Shown piece by piece: positions 1 through 9,674 of a DNA stretch of 38,096 bases. Source of the DNA: Octopus bimaculoides (taxonomy: Eukaryota); NCBI RefSeq assembly GCF_001194135.2, contig NC_069007.1, forward strand, positions 10,091,415-10,129,510. The letters are read 5' to 3'. The notes under the pieces were generated by a model. That model saw only the letters and a program-made list of their open reading frames with translations, was not told where the DNA came from and did no database searches. The stretch's first letter is position 1; each line of letters opens with the position of its first letter. The position numbers and the translations under genes were made by a program.

Positions 1-311
1 GGAGCACCGCCTTTAGTCGAAGGTTTGTAAGCCTAGTACTTATTTTATCGGTCTTTTTTGTTGAACCAGTAAGTTAGGGGACGTAAACACCAACATCGGT
101 TGTAAAGCTATGGTGGCAGGGGACAAACACACACAAATGCATACATTTATATATACGATGGGCTTCTTTCAGTTTCCGTCTACCAAATCCACTCACAGGG
201 CTTTGATCGGCCCGAGGCTGTAGGAGAAGACACTCACGCAAGGTGCCGCGCAGTGAGACTGAACCCAGAACCATGTGGTTGGGAAGCAAGCTTCTTACCA
301 CTCCTGCGCCT
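1..311 (-). mobile_element. tRNA-derived octopus SINE, family A (CORE-like ACCTTGGGCAAGT segment, internal microsatellite); 3' end cut by window edge
   Basis: Reverse complement begins AGGCGCAGGAGTGG..TAAGAAGCTTGCTTCCCAACCACATGGTTCTGGGTTCAGTCTCACTGCG (pol III A/B-box-like head). The same sequence recurs at 1929, 3222, 17312, 31020 and 33065. Confidence 0.85.
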
Positions 312-794
312 AGTAATTTTTGGAAAAAAATACATTGTTTTGTATTCTTCATACATTTTCTTGAAATCTTTTCTGAGGACATTTTCAAGTTTAGTGAAAA
401 TTTTAAAATGTGTATTGATGTAATTTTCCACACTGAATCTTAGCGGCTTAATTCACTTTTTTTCAGAATTTTTTTTTTTTTTTAAGTTACAACGGTTTAA
501 AGTTTGATCATTTTTACCGTCAGAAAACAGGATTTGGAAGTTGTCATTTTATGCATGATTGCACATGTTAGCAGTAACTGTGAGATGTCAATGATTTTTC
601 GAATTTTTTTCAACATCACGGTTTAAAATACGGTCAGACGTAATTTTGGGCTTAAATCCCAGCAATGGACCATTGTGTTTATGGGGAGAAAGATACCTAA
701 AAAACATCAATATGTCTGAGTGACAAACAAACGAGGACAGTGTGAGGTGATCGTGAAATGCGCTAAAAATAACAGCTAACTACCCTTTAAATCA

Positions 795-843
795 CACTAA
801 GCATTTCGCCCAGTGTGCTAACGATCCTGCCAGCTCGCCGCCT
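795..843 (-). mobile_element. 5' fragment of SINE family B
   Basis: CTAAGCATTTCGCCCAGTGTGCTAACGATCCTGCCAGCTCGCCGCCT matches the head of family B copies at 18720-18770, 20040-20092 and 30240-30280. Confidence 0.75.
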
Positions 844-1152
844 TGTTGCTCTGACAATTCCGTCGATCCACTGCCTTTGTTACAAGGGAGATAATAAAGT
901 ATTAGACTAAAGGTCTATCAAGAAAAGGTTATCTCCCTTGTAAAGAACAGTTTCAAATACTAAACTCATAAAAGTTAAGTTAGTGTTTAAATTATTTAAT
1001 TCAATTAGAAATTATAAAGCTAACTAGAAATATTTAGAGAAGATTATATTGTAGGATCTCCGTCGGTCAAGGTTTATCATATGTCCACAGTTGTAAACAT
1101 GATAAATCGATCCTCCTTGTATTTCGTCAGTTAGGAAAACCATATATTATGA

Positions 1153-1260
1153 AGGCGCATGGCTCAGTATTTAGAGCGTCGCACTCACACCCATGAGCTA
1201 GTTCGATTTCTGGACCAGGCTAAGATACTTTATTTCCCATTGCTCCAGTTCACTCAGTCT
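1153..1260 (+). mobile_element. Degenerate tRNA-head SINE (family D) 5' part
   Basis: GGCGCATGGCTCAGTATTTAGAGCGTCG...GTTCGATTTCTGGACC head, followed by TTTATTTCCCATTGCTCCAGTTCACTCAG. Similar to 1482-1695. Confidence 0.65.
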
Positions 1261-1481
1261 TGATGACATTTGAACCCTGAACATAAACGGCCAGAGATGG
1301 AATACACTAAGCATTTGCAGTGAAAGTAAAGAATATGCACACCTAGTGTTTAGGATTAGGGTTTTTGTTATGCCGAAAATGGATGGTGTACCTATTCTTT
1401 ACCTCCACCGCCTTTGGTCATATGTGCTGAAGGTTCTGCCATCTTGCTGCCTTGATATGGTGTAGTAATAATAGTTTTGTG

Positions 1482-1695
1482 AAGGTGCATGGCTCAGTAG
1501 TGGTTAGAGCATCAGGCTCACAATCACGACATAGTGAGTTAGATTCCCGGTCAGGGCTGTGTGTTGTGTTCTTGAGCAAGATATTTTATTTCACATTGTT
1601 CCAGTTCACTGGTGCCAAGCTGTATCGGCCCCTTTGCCTTTCCCTTGGTTAACATCAGTGGCATGGAGTGGGGAGGCTGTTATGCATGGGTGACT
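1482..1695 (+). mobile_element. tRNA-head SINE (family D) with CORE-like segment
   Basis: GGTGCATGGCTCAGTAGTGGTTAGAGCATCAGG...TTAGATTCCCGG head, then GTGTTGTGTTCTTGAGCAAGATATTTTATTTCACATTGTTCCAGTTCACT. Confidence 0.7.
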
Positions 1696-1928
1696 GATAT
1701 AATATTTCTTATGGACTTGCTCTGTTAAAACCACAATAAATATCAGAGAGAGAGAGACAAAAACTCACTGGAATGAATGGTCTTTCTCTGTTATGTATTG
1801 TATTTTTTAACACAGGAAATCCATAAGGGATGTTACCTCTATAAGAATACTACCATAACAGGCCTATCAAAAGTGTGTATACATTAAGTATGATACATAG
1901 ATGGCTATTTTATATCTTTTATCTTTTA

Positions 1929-2297
1929 TTTGTTTCAGTCATTAGACTGCTGCCATGCTGGGACACTGCCCTGAACAATTTATTCTTTTTAGCTGAATGA
2001 ATTGATTCCAGTACCTATTTTTTTTGTTAAGCCTGATACTTATTCTATCAGTCTCTTTTGCCAAACTGCTAGGTTTCAGAGACAGAAATGAACTAACACA
2101 AGCTGTCAAGCAGTAGTGGGGGACAAACACAGAAACAAACGCACACATATATATACGATGGGCTTCTTTCAGTTTCTGTCTACCAAATCCACTCACAAGG
2201 CTTTGGTTGTCCCAAGACTATAGTAAAAGACACTTGCTCAAGGTGCCATGTAGTTGGACTAAACCCAGAACCATGTGGTTGGGAAGCAAGCTTCTCA
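1929..2297 (-). mobile_element. SINE family A, near full length
   Basis: Same blocks as 1-311 and 17312-17682 in minus orientation (TTGTTTCAGTCATT...CCATGCTGG...GGGCTTCTTTCAGTTTC...CCATGTGGTTGGGAAGCAAG). Confidence 0.85.
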
Positions 2298-2999
2298 TCA
2301 TTTTACATACATTACCACAAACAGAATGCTTTACGTTACATCAACAAAATACCGTTGATACTATATAGTAAAGGTTCTTTATGATCTCTTTGATCAAATA
2401 TATAATTTCTAGTACAGCACTTCGCATGGAAAAATTTTAATAAAACCACAAACTTGAAAACAATATTTATAAAACTATTTTCATATCTCGTTTTATTAAT
2501 CATATTTTTGTTTAACATAATACAATTTAAAAAAAAAAAAAACATTTTTTTAAAAACACTCAAGCAGCACGGTGGATTTTTTAAATCCATAAAAATGATA
2601 CTCTAAAAAAAAATCTATATAATTACATCTCCAGATATATTTCAGTCTTGAAAACATTTTCTTTTTATATAAAGCAACAGAAGATGAGGAAAAGAATGGG
2701 GAGGAGGAAATATAGCCGAGTTTTCATTCTAGTATCTTAATTTCTATTTTTGAAGGAATTAACTGTTATATAAAATGTTTTATATTCAAATAATACATTG
2801 TAAAAATAGCATACCTGTACAAGTACAAACACCTACCTGATTCAGTTTCCTTTGTTTAATTAATAAAATTTTCTACAAATAACAGATGATGTAGATTACG
2901 ATTATAAAGAATTTCATGTAAAAAAAGGGAATTTCATGTAAAAAAAAAGGGCCATCTTAGTATTGTAGGCTCCTGAGCAAATCAATGTATTTGGCTCTA

Positions 3000-3115
3000 T
3001 GTTGTTGCTGTTTGTTCCTTCTCGAGCCATGCCTGGCTCATAGGGGCTGGTTTCCCAGTTTCATTGGCATATAGGTTCCCCATCTGGATGAGATGCCGGT
3101 CCATCGCAGATGACT
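3000..3115 (-). mobile_element. SINE 3' fragment with V-domain-like motif and (AAC)n tail
   Basis: Reverse complement reads TCTGCGATGGACCGGCATCTCATCCAGATGGGG...GAAACTGGGAAACCAGCCCCTATGAGCC...AACAGCAACAAC. It resembles the V-SINE-type GCGATGGACTGGC..CC..TCCAGG motif (from memory). Confidence 0.5.
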
Positions 3116-3221
3116 AGGCTCTATAATATGTATTTATTGACAGCTAAAAAAAGCAATTATAGATAAGTTCACCACCATCAATTCACTGTGAAGAAAGTTT
3201 ATTGAGGAAATATATCCATAT

Positions 3222-3415
3222 ACTGGAGTGGCTGTGTGGTAAGAAGCTTGCTTACCAACCACATGGTTCCGGGTTCATTTCCAATGCCTGGCACCTTGGG
3301 TAAGTGTCTTCTACTATAGCAGTCAGACAACCAAAGCCTTATGAGTGGATTTGGTAGACTGAAACTGAAAGAAGCCCATCGTGTATATATATATATATAT
3401 ATATATGTGTGTATG

Positions 3416-3475
<60 letters not shown>

Positions 3476-3703
3476 AATATGTGTGTGGGGGGAGTGAGTA
3501 TATTTGTTTGTGTGTCTGTGTTTGTCCCCCACCATCGCTTGATAATCGATGTTGGTGTGTTTACGTTCCTGTAACTTAGCAGTTCAGCAAAAGAGACTGA
3601 TGGAATAAGTACTAGGCTTACAAAGAATAAGTCCTGGTGTCGATTTCTTCAACTAAAGGTGGTGCTCCAGCATGGCCACAGTCAAATGACTGAAACAAGT
3701 AAA
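3222..3703 (+). mobile_element. SINE family A, full length with expanded internal (TA)n/(TG)n
   Basis: GGAGTGGCTGTGTGGTAAGAAGCTTGCTTACCAACCACATGGTTCCGGGTTCATTTCC head; ends CAGTCAAATGACTGAAACAAGTAAA. Confidence 0.9.
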
Positions 3704-3887
3704 GGAATAGTATCTCACCATTAATAGAAACTCTTTTATAGAAGGAAAAAAAAAATGGTGAATTGATGATAGTGAACTTACTGGACATGAAGCAAAGCAT
3801 ACAGTGGTCAGAATTGGCCCTTTAGACACTAGGGCTCTTGAGGAACTTCCCAATGTTCTCACACACACACACACACACACACACATA

Positions 3888-4105
3888 TGAGGGGCTGCTA
3901 AAAAGTTCCTGGTTTTGGTTAAAAGAAAATACAGGAGGATTAGTTCATTAGGATTTTATTCAATATAATTCCCCTTTCAGATTCACACACTTTTTGCAGT
4001 GGTCCTTCAGTTTTTCTAAACCCTGTAAAAGAACTTGGAAAGTTGGGCCTCCAGCCAGACCTTTCGCAGTACCTTTGAAGTCAGGAATTTTTCAGGAGCC
4101 CCTCA
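3888..4105 (-). mobile_element. Mariner-type MITE / internally deleted mariner (218 bp) keeping the transposase C-terminus
   Basis: TA|TGAGGGGCTGCTAAAAAGTTCCTG ... CAGGAATTTTTCAGGAGCCCCTCA|TA imperfect TIRs with TA TSD. The minus strand encodes LQGLEKLKDHCKKCVNLKGNYIE*, a mariner-like C-terminus. Confidence 0.8.
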
Positions 4106-4243
4106 TATTGACACACATCACAATTTTGTTCAAAACTTCAAGTTTCATTTTGCAAATATGTACATGATGTGTGTCAGTACATATATGTTCATATCCACCA
4201 ATTTCTTTTTTTCACATTAAATTCTGGTATAATTGTAATCTAT

Positions 4244-4637
4244 ACCATCTGAAAGCTATTCGTAGAAAATTTCATCAAAAGATACCTGCTTTTCTGAAAG
4301 TTATGAGGAAACAAATTTGACTTGAATGAATTATCCAAAACTCCTCTCCCTATCCCATCCAAAAACATTTTCCATGACAAATTCCATTATAATGAGAACC
4401 AGCATTATCTGAAAGGTGTTTCTAAAAAATCTCATTAAAAAATACCTATTTTTCTGGAAGTTATAAGGAAACAAAGTTGATTTGTGTGAATTATTTGGAA
4501 CTCCTCCCCCTGCCCCTCCAAAAACATTCTCTGCAATAATTTCCATTATAATGAGAATCAACACTATCTGAAAGGTTTTTGTAGAAAATTTCATTAAAAA
4601 AACATGAATTTTTCTGAAAGTTATGAGGAAACAAAGT
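4244..4637. repeat. About 160-bp tandem repeat, about 2.4 copies
   Basis: ATCTGAAAG recurs at 4247, 4407 and 4566, each followed by AAAAT(T/C)TCAT...TTTCTG(A/G)AAGTTAT(G/A)AGGAAACAAA. Confidence 0.8.
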
Positions 4638-4701
4638 TTGTTGGTAGGGGTGCACTTGTATGTAGGTATACCTTAAAAGTAGCCAAATTGCTGCAGGACG
4701 T

Positions 4702-5078
4702 TTAGAAGAAACTCTTATTTAAGATGAATGCTTGAATAACACAAAATATTAAACAAGGAATTAAAGTAGAGAAAATATGAGATGCATTGTTGAGATAATG
4801 CTTGTCATTGGTTCCTCCACCTTTTTTGCGTCTGAAGATAAAGCTTCCTGCCTTGTGTAAACATGTAACGTTCACTTGAGACCAAACGGTGCCAGGAACA
4901 CAGATTTGAATGAAACTAGCTCCCCATTCCGTACACCGAATAAATCTCGTCGGATCTGAATGAGCAAAGAAATATATTTTGAGTGCGATTGCTTCTCTTG
5001 TACACGGTGATTGGAATAAACAGTAAGATTCCACTTCGTTCCTCAGTGTGTCTTCGGATTTTCTGCATTGGTCTGGCA
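4702..5078 (-). CDS. Last coding exon of secreted lysozyme-like/chitin-binding gene: CBM14 (peritrophin-A)-like domain + hydrophobic C-terminal GPI/TM signal
   Basis: Acceptor TTTTTTTTTCTTTCCATTTCAG|TG at 5079/5078; phase 1 joins the G of exon 2 to give GTG (Val), in frame. Encodes SPCT...YFFAHSDPTRFIRCTEWGASFIQICVPGTVWSQVNVTC (C-x10-C-x12-C as in CBM14) and ends HIFSTLIPCLIFCVIQAFILNKSFF*. Confidence 0.85.
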
Positions 5079-5140
5079 CTGAAATGGAAAGAAAAAAAAA
5101 AGGGAAAGCTAAGATAATTCAATCAATAAGAGTAAGACAT

Positions 5141-5295
5141 TCTTTTCTACTCTAGGTACAAGGCCTGAAATTTTGGGGGAGCGGGGCCAGTCGATTAGAT
5201 CGACCTAGTACGCAACTGGCACTTAATTTATTGACCCCGAAAGGATGAAAGGCAAAGTCGACCCCAGTGGAATTTGAACTCAAGCAATACCGCAG
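5141..5295 (-). mobile_element. SINE family B (central Nin/Deu-like domain), 5'-truncated
   Basis: Reverse complement contains TCGACTTTGCCTTTCATCCTTTCGGGGTCAATAAATTAAGTGCCAG. The same core recurs at 12372, 17716-18770, 19900, 29615 and 30083. Confidence 0.85.
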
Positions 5296-5297
5296 AA

Positions 5298-5858
5298 TAA
5301 ATAAGTTCTTCACTGATAATGGTGTTTACATAACGAAGGGCTTGGTAAAAATTATTAATTATTAATTTATTAATAAATTAATAATCCTTTACCCTTTTAT
5401 TTGTAATAATTATTCACTCCCTGATAGTAAACCGCAGATATTCTACAGTATTGCTTGTGACGCACATGGTAATTCTTGAGGAGGGATAAGAACTGGCTGG
5501 CCTATGTAAGTTCGGAGGTGCTGTTCATATTGTGCTGATGCACGATGTCGCTTGGTCGTGCATGCAGAATTGCCAGCATCGTCAAATTTGCAAACTGGAA
5601 TATCATACTGATGTGGAAATGAAACGTTTTCACTTTTCTAAGCCAGAAACGCGTCTATGATTAACTAAGACTGGTTAGTTTCGTTATTTTTACTTCTTGT
5701 TTTGCCTTTGTGAGTTACAAGTATAGCTATCTGTTGGAGTTTCAGCACTTTAGCTGCTATTTCTGAACTTCGGTATGTGGTGAAGCAACTGTTGCTGATC
5801 CCTTAACTATGTTTATAAATGTATAAGAACTTTTAAATAAGTTCTTCACCGATAATGG

Positions 5859-5868
<10 letters not shown>
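5298..5868 (+). mobile_element. Putative Penelope-like pLTR / retrozyme-like unit bounded by 35-nt direct repeats
   Basis: TAAATAAGTTCTTCAC(T/C)GATAATGGTGTTTACATA at 5298-5332 and 5834-5868 (1 mismatch), enclosing a hammerhead-like motif. Confidence 0.45.
5602..5661 (+). ncRNA. Degenerate type-I hammerhead ribozyme motif
   Basis: Stem I ATCATA(5602-07)/TATGAT(5656-61); core CTGATG(5608-13) lacking A9; stem II TGG...CCA; GAAA(5646-49); palindromic minimal stem III ACGCGT; GTC cleavage triplet (5653-55). Confidence 0.55.
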
Positions 5869-5890
<22 letters not shown>

Positions 5891-5974
5891 TGTCAATTTA
5901 CTACTGGTGGTCTAGCGAGAAAAAAATTAGTCAACAGACTATATATTATTCATATAAAATACAGTGTACATTTA

Positions 5975-6121
5975 ATACACATCAGAGATGCCTATAAAAG
6001 GACATCTGACCTGCTAGAAAGAGCAGCCAAAGCTCTACACCACAATTAGGGATAGGTGTAGAGCTTTGGCTGCTCTTTCTAGCGGGTCAGATGTCCTTTT
6101 ATAGGCATCTCTGATGTGTAT
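5975..6121. repeat. Near-perfect inverted repeat, 67-bp arms, 13-nt loop
   Basis: 5975-6041 is the reverse complement of 6055-6121 with one mismatch. The right arm runs into an N gap. Confidence 0.95.
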
Positions 6122-6355
6122 NNNNNNNNNNNNNNNNNNNNNNNNNNNNNNNNNNNNNNNNNNNNNNNNNNNNNNNNNNNNNNNNNNNNNNNNNNNNNNN
6201 NNNNNNNNNNNNNNNNNNNNNNNNNNNNNNNNNNNNNNNNNNNNNNNNNNNNNNNNNNNNNNNNNNNNNNNNNNNNNNNNNNNNNNNNNNNNNNNNNNNN
6301 NNNNNNNNNNNNNNNNNNNNNNNNNNNNNNNNNNNNNNNNNNNNNNNNNNNNNNN
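6122..6355. other. Assembly gap (N run)
   Basis: N characters. Confidence 1.
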
Positions 6356-6360
6356 ATATA

Positions 6361-6564
6361 TTCATATCTATGTTTGTTTCCCACCATGGCTTGACAACTG
6401 GTGGTGGTGTGTTTGCATTCCCATAACCTAGTGGCTCAGCAAAAGAGATTGATAAAATAAGTAGCAAGCTTAAAAAAAAAATAAGCTCTGAGGTCAATTC
6501 ATTCTTCAAGGTGATGCTCCTGCATGGCCACAGTCTAATGACTGAAACAAGTAAAAGATAAAAG
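6361..6564 (+). mobile_element. SINE family A, 3' half
   Basis: TTTGTTTCCCACCATGGCTTGACAAC...GCATGGCCACAGTCTAATGACTGAAACAAGTAAAAGATAAAAG. Confidence 0.8.
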
Positions 6565-6609
6565 ACAAATGGTTTAACAACAACAAAGATCTTTCAGAAG
6601 TTCTCTTAC

Positions 6610-6889
6610 CTTCTGGAATGTTAGTATTTTGTAGAAAAGTGGTGACATTTCCTTCGGGTACAATAAATTTCTTCCAATATTCTGCTTGGTCAGTCAAATT
6701 CATTGGTATAATATCATTGACAGTCAATAGATACAGGGCCATGGCGTAACCAGAATACAATGGCTTGTCCAGTTCTGAGTAATTGGCTGACGCCATTTCC
6801 ACATTGAATCTTTCTTGACCGATATTGCAGTAAGACATTAGACTTTTACCACATGCTTCTTGAACAGTTTCGAGTTGGTCGGTAGTAAC
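6610..6889 (-). CDS. Second coding exon of lysozyme-like/chitin-binding gene (C-terminal half of lysozyme-like domain)
   Basis: Acceptor AATTATTCTAG|GTT (6890/6889), donor GAAG|GTAAGA (6610/6609). 280 nt = 93 codons + 1 with no stops: VTTDQLETVQ...YSELDKPLYSGYAMALYLLTVNDIIPMNLTDQAEYWKKFIVPEGNVTTF. Phases match both neighbouring exons. Confidence 0.9.
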
Positions 6890-6915
6890 CTAGAATAATT
6901 GGATTATATTTAATT

Positions 6916-7098
6916 GGTGCTAGTGAGGTTGTGTGGTAAGAAGTTTGCTTCGCAGCCACATGGTTCTGAGTTCAGTCCCACTTTGTGAATTCTGGGGCAA
7001 GAGTCTTCTACATATAAGCCTGAACCGACGAAATCCATGTGAGTGGATTTCATAGACAGAAACTGAGAGAAACCTGTCGTGTGTGTGTGTGTCTGTGT
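6916..7098 (+). mobile_element. SINE family A, 5' half
   Basis: GTTGTGTGGTAAGAAGTTTGCTTCGCAGCCACATGGTTCTGAGTTCAGTCCCAC...GAAACCTGTCGTGTGTG. Confidence 0.8.
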
Positions 7099-7109
7099 AT
7101 ACAAATTTT

Positions 7110-7325
7110 GCTTGTTTCAATCATTAGATTGCAGCCATGCTGGGGCTATGCCTTGAAAAATTTTAGTCAAATTAATCAACCCCAGTACATTTGTTCCTAT
7201 TTTTTTTTAAGCATGGTACTTATTCTATCAGTCTTTTGCTGAACTGCTAAGTTACATGGATGTAAACTCACCATAATCGGTTGTCAAGCAATGGTGGGGG
7301 AACAAACACAGACAAAAAGACAAAA
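7110..7325 (-). mobile_element. SINE family A, 3' half
   Basis: CTTGTTTCAATCATTAGATTGCAGCCATGCTGGG...GTTGTCAAGCAATGGTGGGGGAACAAACACAG. Confidence 0.75.
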
Positions 7326-7548
7326 ACACACACACACACAAATACAACATGTGTGTGTGTGTGTGTATTGTCGTTGAATGCTCGAAATGAGGAGTAGATA
7401 GGCAGCCAACAACTGATGAAGGGTCCTTTCTCTGTGTTTACTTGTCCTGTTTTCCTTTTTCTTTTCTCATTGTTTACATATTTCATGTTATTTGCACTGC
7501 TGGTGATGTCCTGTACACATATATTCATTTATATATATATATATATAT

Positions 7549-8067
7549 NNNNNNNNNNNNNNNNNNNNNNNNNNNNNNNNNNNNNNNNNNNNNNNNNNNN
7601 NNNNNNNNNNNNNNNNNNNNNNNNNNNNNNNNNNNNNNNNNNNNNNNNNNNNNNNNNNNNNNNNNNNNNNNNNNNNNNNNNNNNNNNNNNNNNNNNNNNN
7701 NNNNNNNNNNNNNNNNNNNNNNNNNNNNNNNNNNNNNNNNNNNNNNNNNNNNNNNNNNNNNNNNNNNNNNNNNNNNNNNNNNNNNNNNNNNNNNNNNNNN
7801 NNNNNNNNNNNNNNNNNNNNNNNNNNNNNNNNNNNNNNNNNNNNNNNNNNNNNNNNNNNNNNNNNNNNNNNNNNNNNNNNNNNNNNNNNNNNNNNNNNNN
7901 NNNNNNNNNNNNNNNNNNNNNNNNNNNNNNNNNNNNNNNNNNNNNNNNNNNNNNNNNNNNNNNNNNNNNNNNNNNNNNNNNNNNNNNNNNNNNNNNNNNN
8001 NNNNNNNNNNNNNNNNNNNNNNNNNNNNNNNNNNNNNNNNNNNNNNNNNNNNNNNNNNNNNNNNNNN
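7549..8067. other. Assembly gap (N run) flanked by (TA)n
   Basis: N characters. Confidence 1.
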
Positions 8068-8826
8068 TATATATATATATATATATATGTATGTCTGTAT
8101 GAGTTAGAGGTTAAGCAACCATTCAAGGGATAATAAATATCCAATATACTACTGGATGTATACCTACATATTTATATCCAAGTGCTTACTATTGCAGGGC
8201 AGTATCACACTTGAATAGTAGGTATGTGTGGTGGTAAAACAGAAATTTACCCAGTATTTATAAGGCGAATAAGAAAATGAAGAGGATAAACAATCGACAA
8301 ACATCACCCTGTAAGCATTCGTTTATATCTGTTTATTAATTGATTACAATCATATGTATAAGTAATCAAAATAAACAAATGAAATAAGCAAATAAACAAG
8401 TAAATAAATAGATAAATAAAAATAAATAAATGAATAAGAATAAATGAGTGAACAAATGCTAAACTCTTACAGCTATTTCTACTATGGCGTTGCCCAGTCT
8501 GCCAAGTTTTCCACATCATGCCAGTAATATATAGGGATTGTACAAAGGTTGAACAAACATTGAACAGGGGTTGGACAATGATTGAGCTTCAAAGCTTCAT
8601 CAGAGAGACTATAATGTTAGGGATCAACATGTGAGGAAGTAAGGTAAAATAATAAAATAAAATAATAACATAATAGAAATAGTTAGGAATGCCCCAGCAT
8701 GGCCACATTAAAAGATAAAAGAACAGGTATCATTGTATTAACTATTTCAGTTTAAACAACTTTCCTTTGTTTCAATTAATTCTGAATATAACATAGGATT
8801 TATCAAAATAACTTTGTTGTTACTAA

Positions 8827-9473
8827 GCCTTTTGTTACCATATTTCTGTTGAGATGCTCTGTGTTTCTTCCAATTAATTTTAAATATAACAAAGAATTTA
8901 GTAAAATAACTTAGTTATCATAAAGCTAGTGTTAGGAACACAAATTGTGACTAAGGTTTGGTGGAAGATTTTTATTCAGAACTTATGAAAACAAGACATT
9001 TGTACTACAGAGCCAGAGGCTGTTTCAGCTGGGTTGGTATCAAAAAGGTTAAGAATTGTTTCTCTATTATATATTTTAATCCTTTTGTTACCATATTTAT
9101 GTTGAAATGCTCTGTGTTTCTTTCAATTAATTTTAGATATAACAAAGAATATAGTAGAATAACTTAGTTATCATTCAGCTAGTGTTAGGAACAAAAATTG
9201 TGACTAAGGTTTGGTGGAAGATCTTAATTCAGAACTTATGTAAATAAGACACTTGTACTACAGAGCCAGAGGTTTCAGGTGGGTGGATATCGAAAAGGTT
9301 AAGAAATTTTTCTCTATTATATATTTTAACCCTTTTGTTACCATATTTTTGTTGAGATGTTTTATGTTTCTTTCAATTAATTTTAGATATAACAAAGAAT
9401 TTAGTAAAATAACTTAGTTATCATTAAGCTAGTGTTAGGAACAAAAATTGTGACTAAGGTTTGGTGGAAGATT
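8827..9473. mobile_element. Tandem array (about 2.6 x 250 bp) of a piggyBac-like MITE plus its flank
   Basis: CCTTTTGTTACCATATTT at 8828, 9081 and 9331. Complete units end GG(A)TATC(A/G)AAAAGG|TTAA, and units 2 and 3 are preceded by TTAA, consistent with CCCTTT-type TIRs and TTAA targets. Confidence 0.65.
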
Positions 9474-9674
9474 TGGTCAGCCCAAGGCTATAGCAGAAGA
9501 CACTTGCCCAATGTGCCACACACTTTTGTTCAGTCATAATCTATTTCAAAGTTTAAAGGAAGGGAAAAAAAGGGAACAAACGAAGGAAGGAAAGGCAGAA
9601 AAACAGAAGACAAAGAAAGAAAGAAAAGAAGGAAAAAAAGAAACAAAGAAACAGAAAGGATTATAGAACCTTAC

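Noticed and set aside
312-687. Possible non-autonomous DNA transposon ending CAATGGACCATTGTG
   Set aside because: Only one putative end is visible and no second copy is in the window; it cannot be supported.
7416-8144. Long ORFs spanning N runs (also 6079-6509, 30350-30754, 35464-36165) and microsatellite ORFs (10169-10509, 13668-14021)
   Set aside because: They are open only because of N gaps or dinucleotide repeats.
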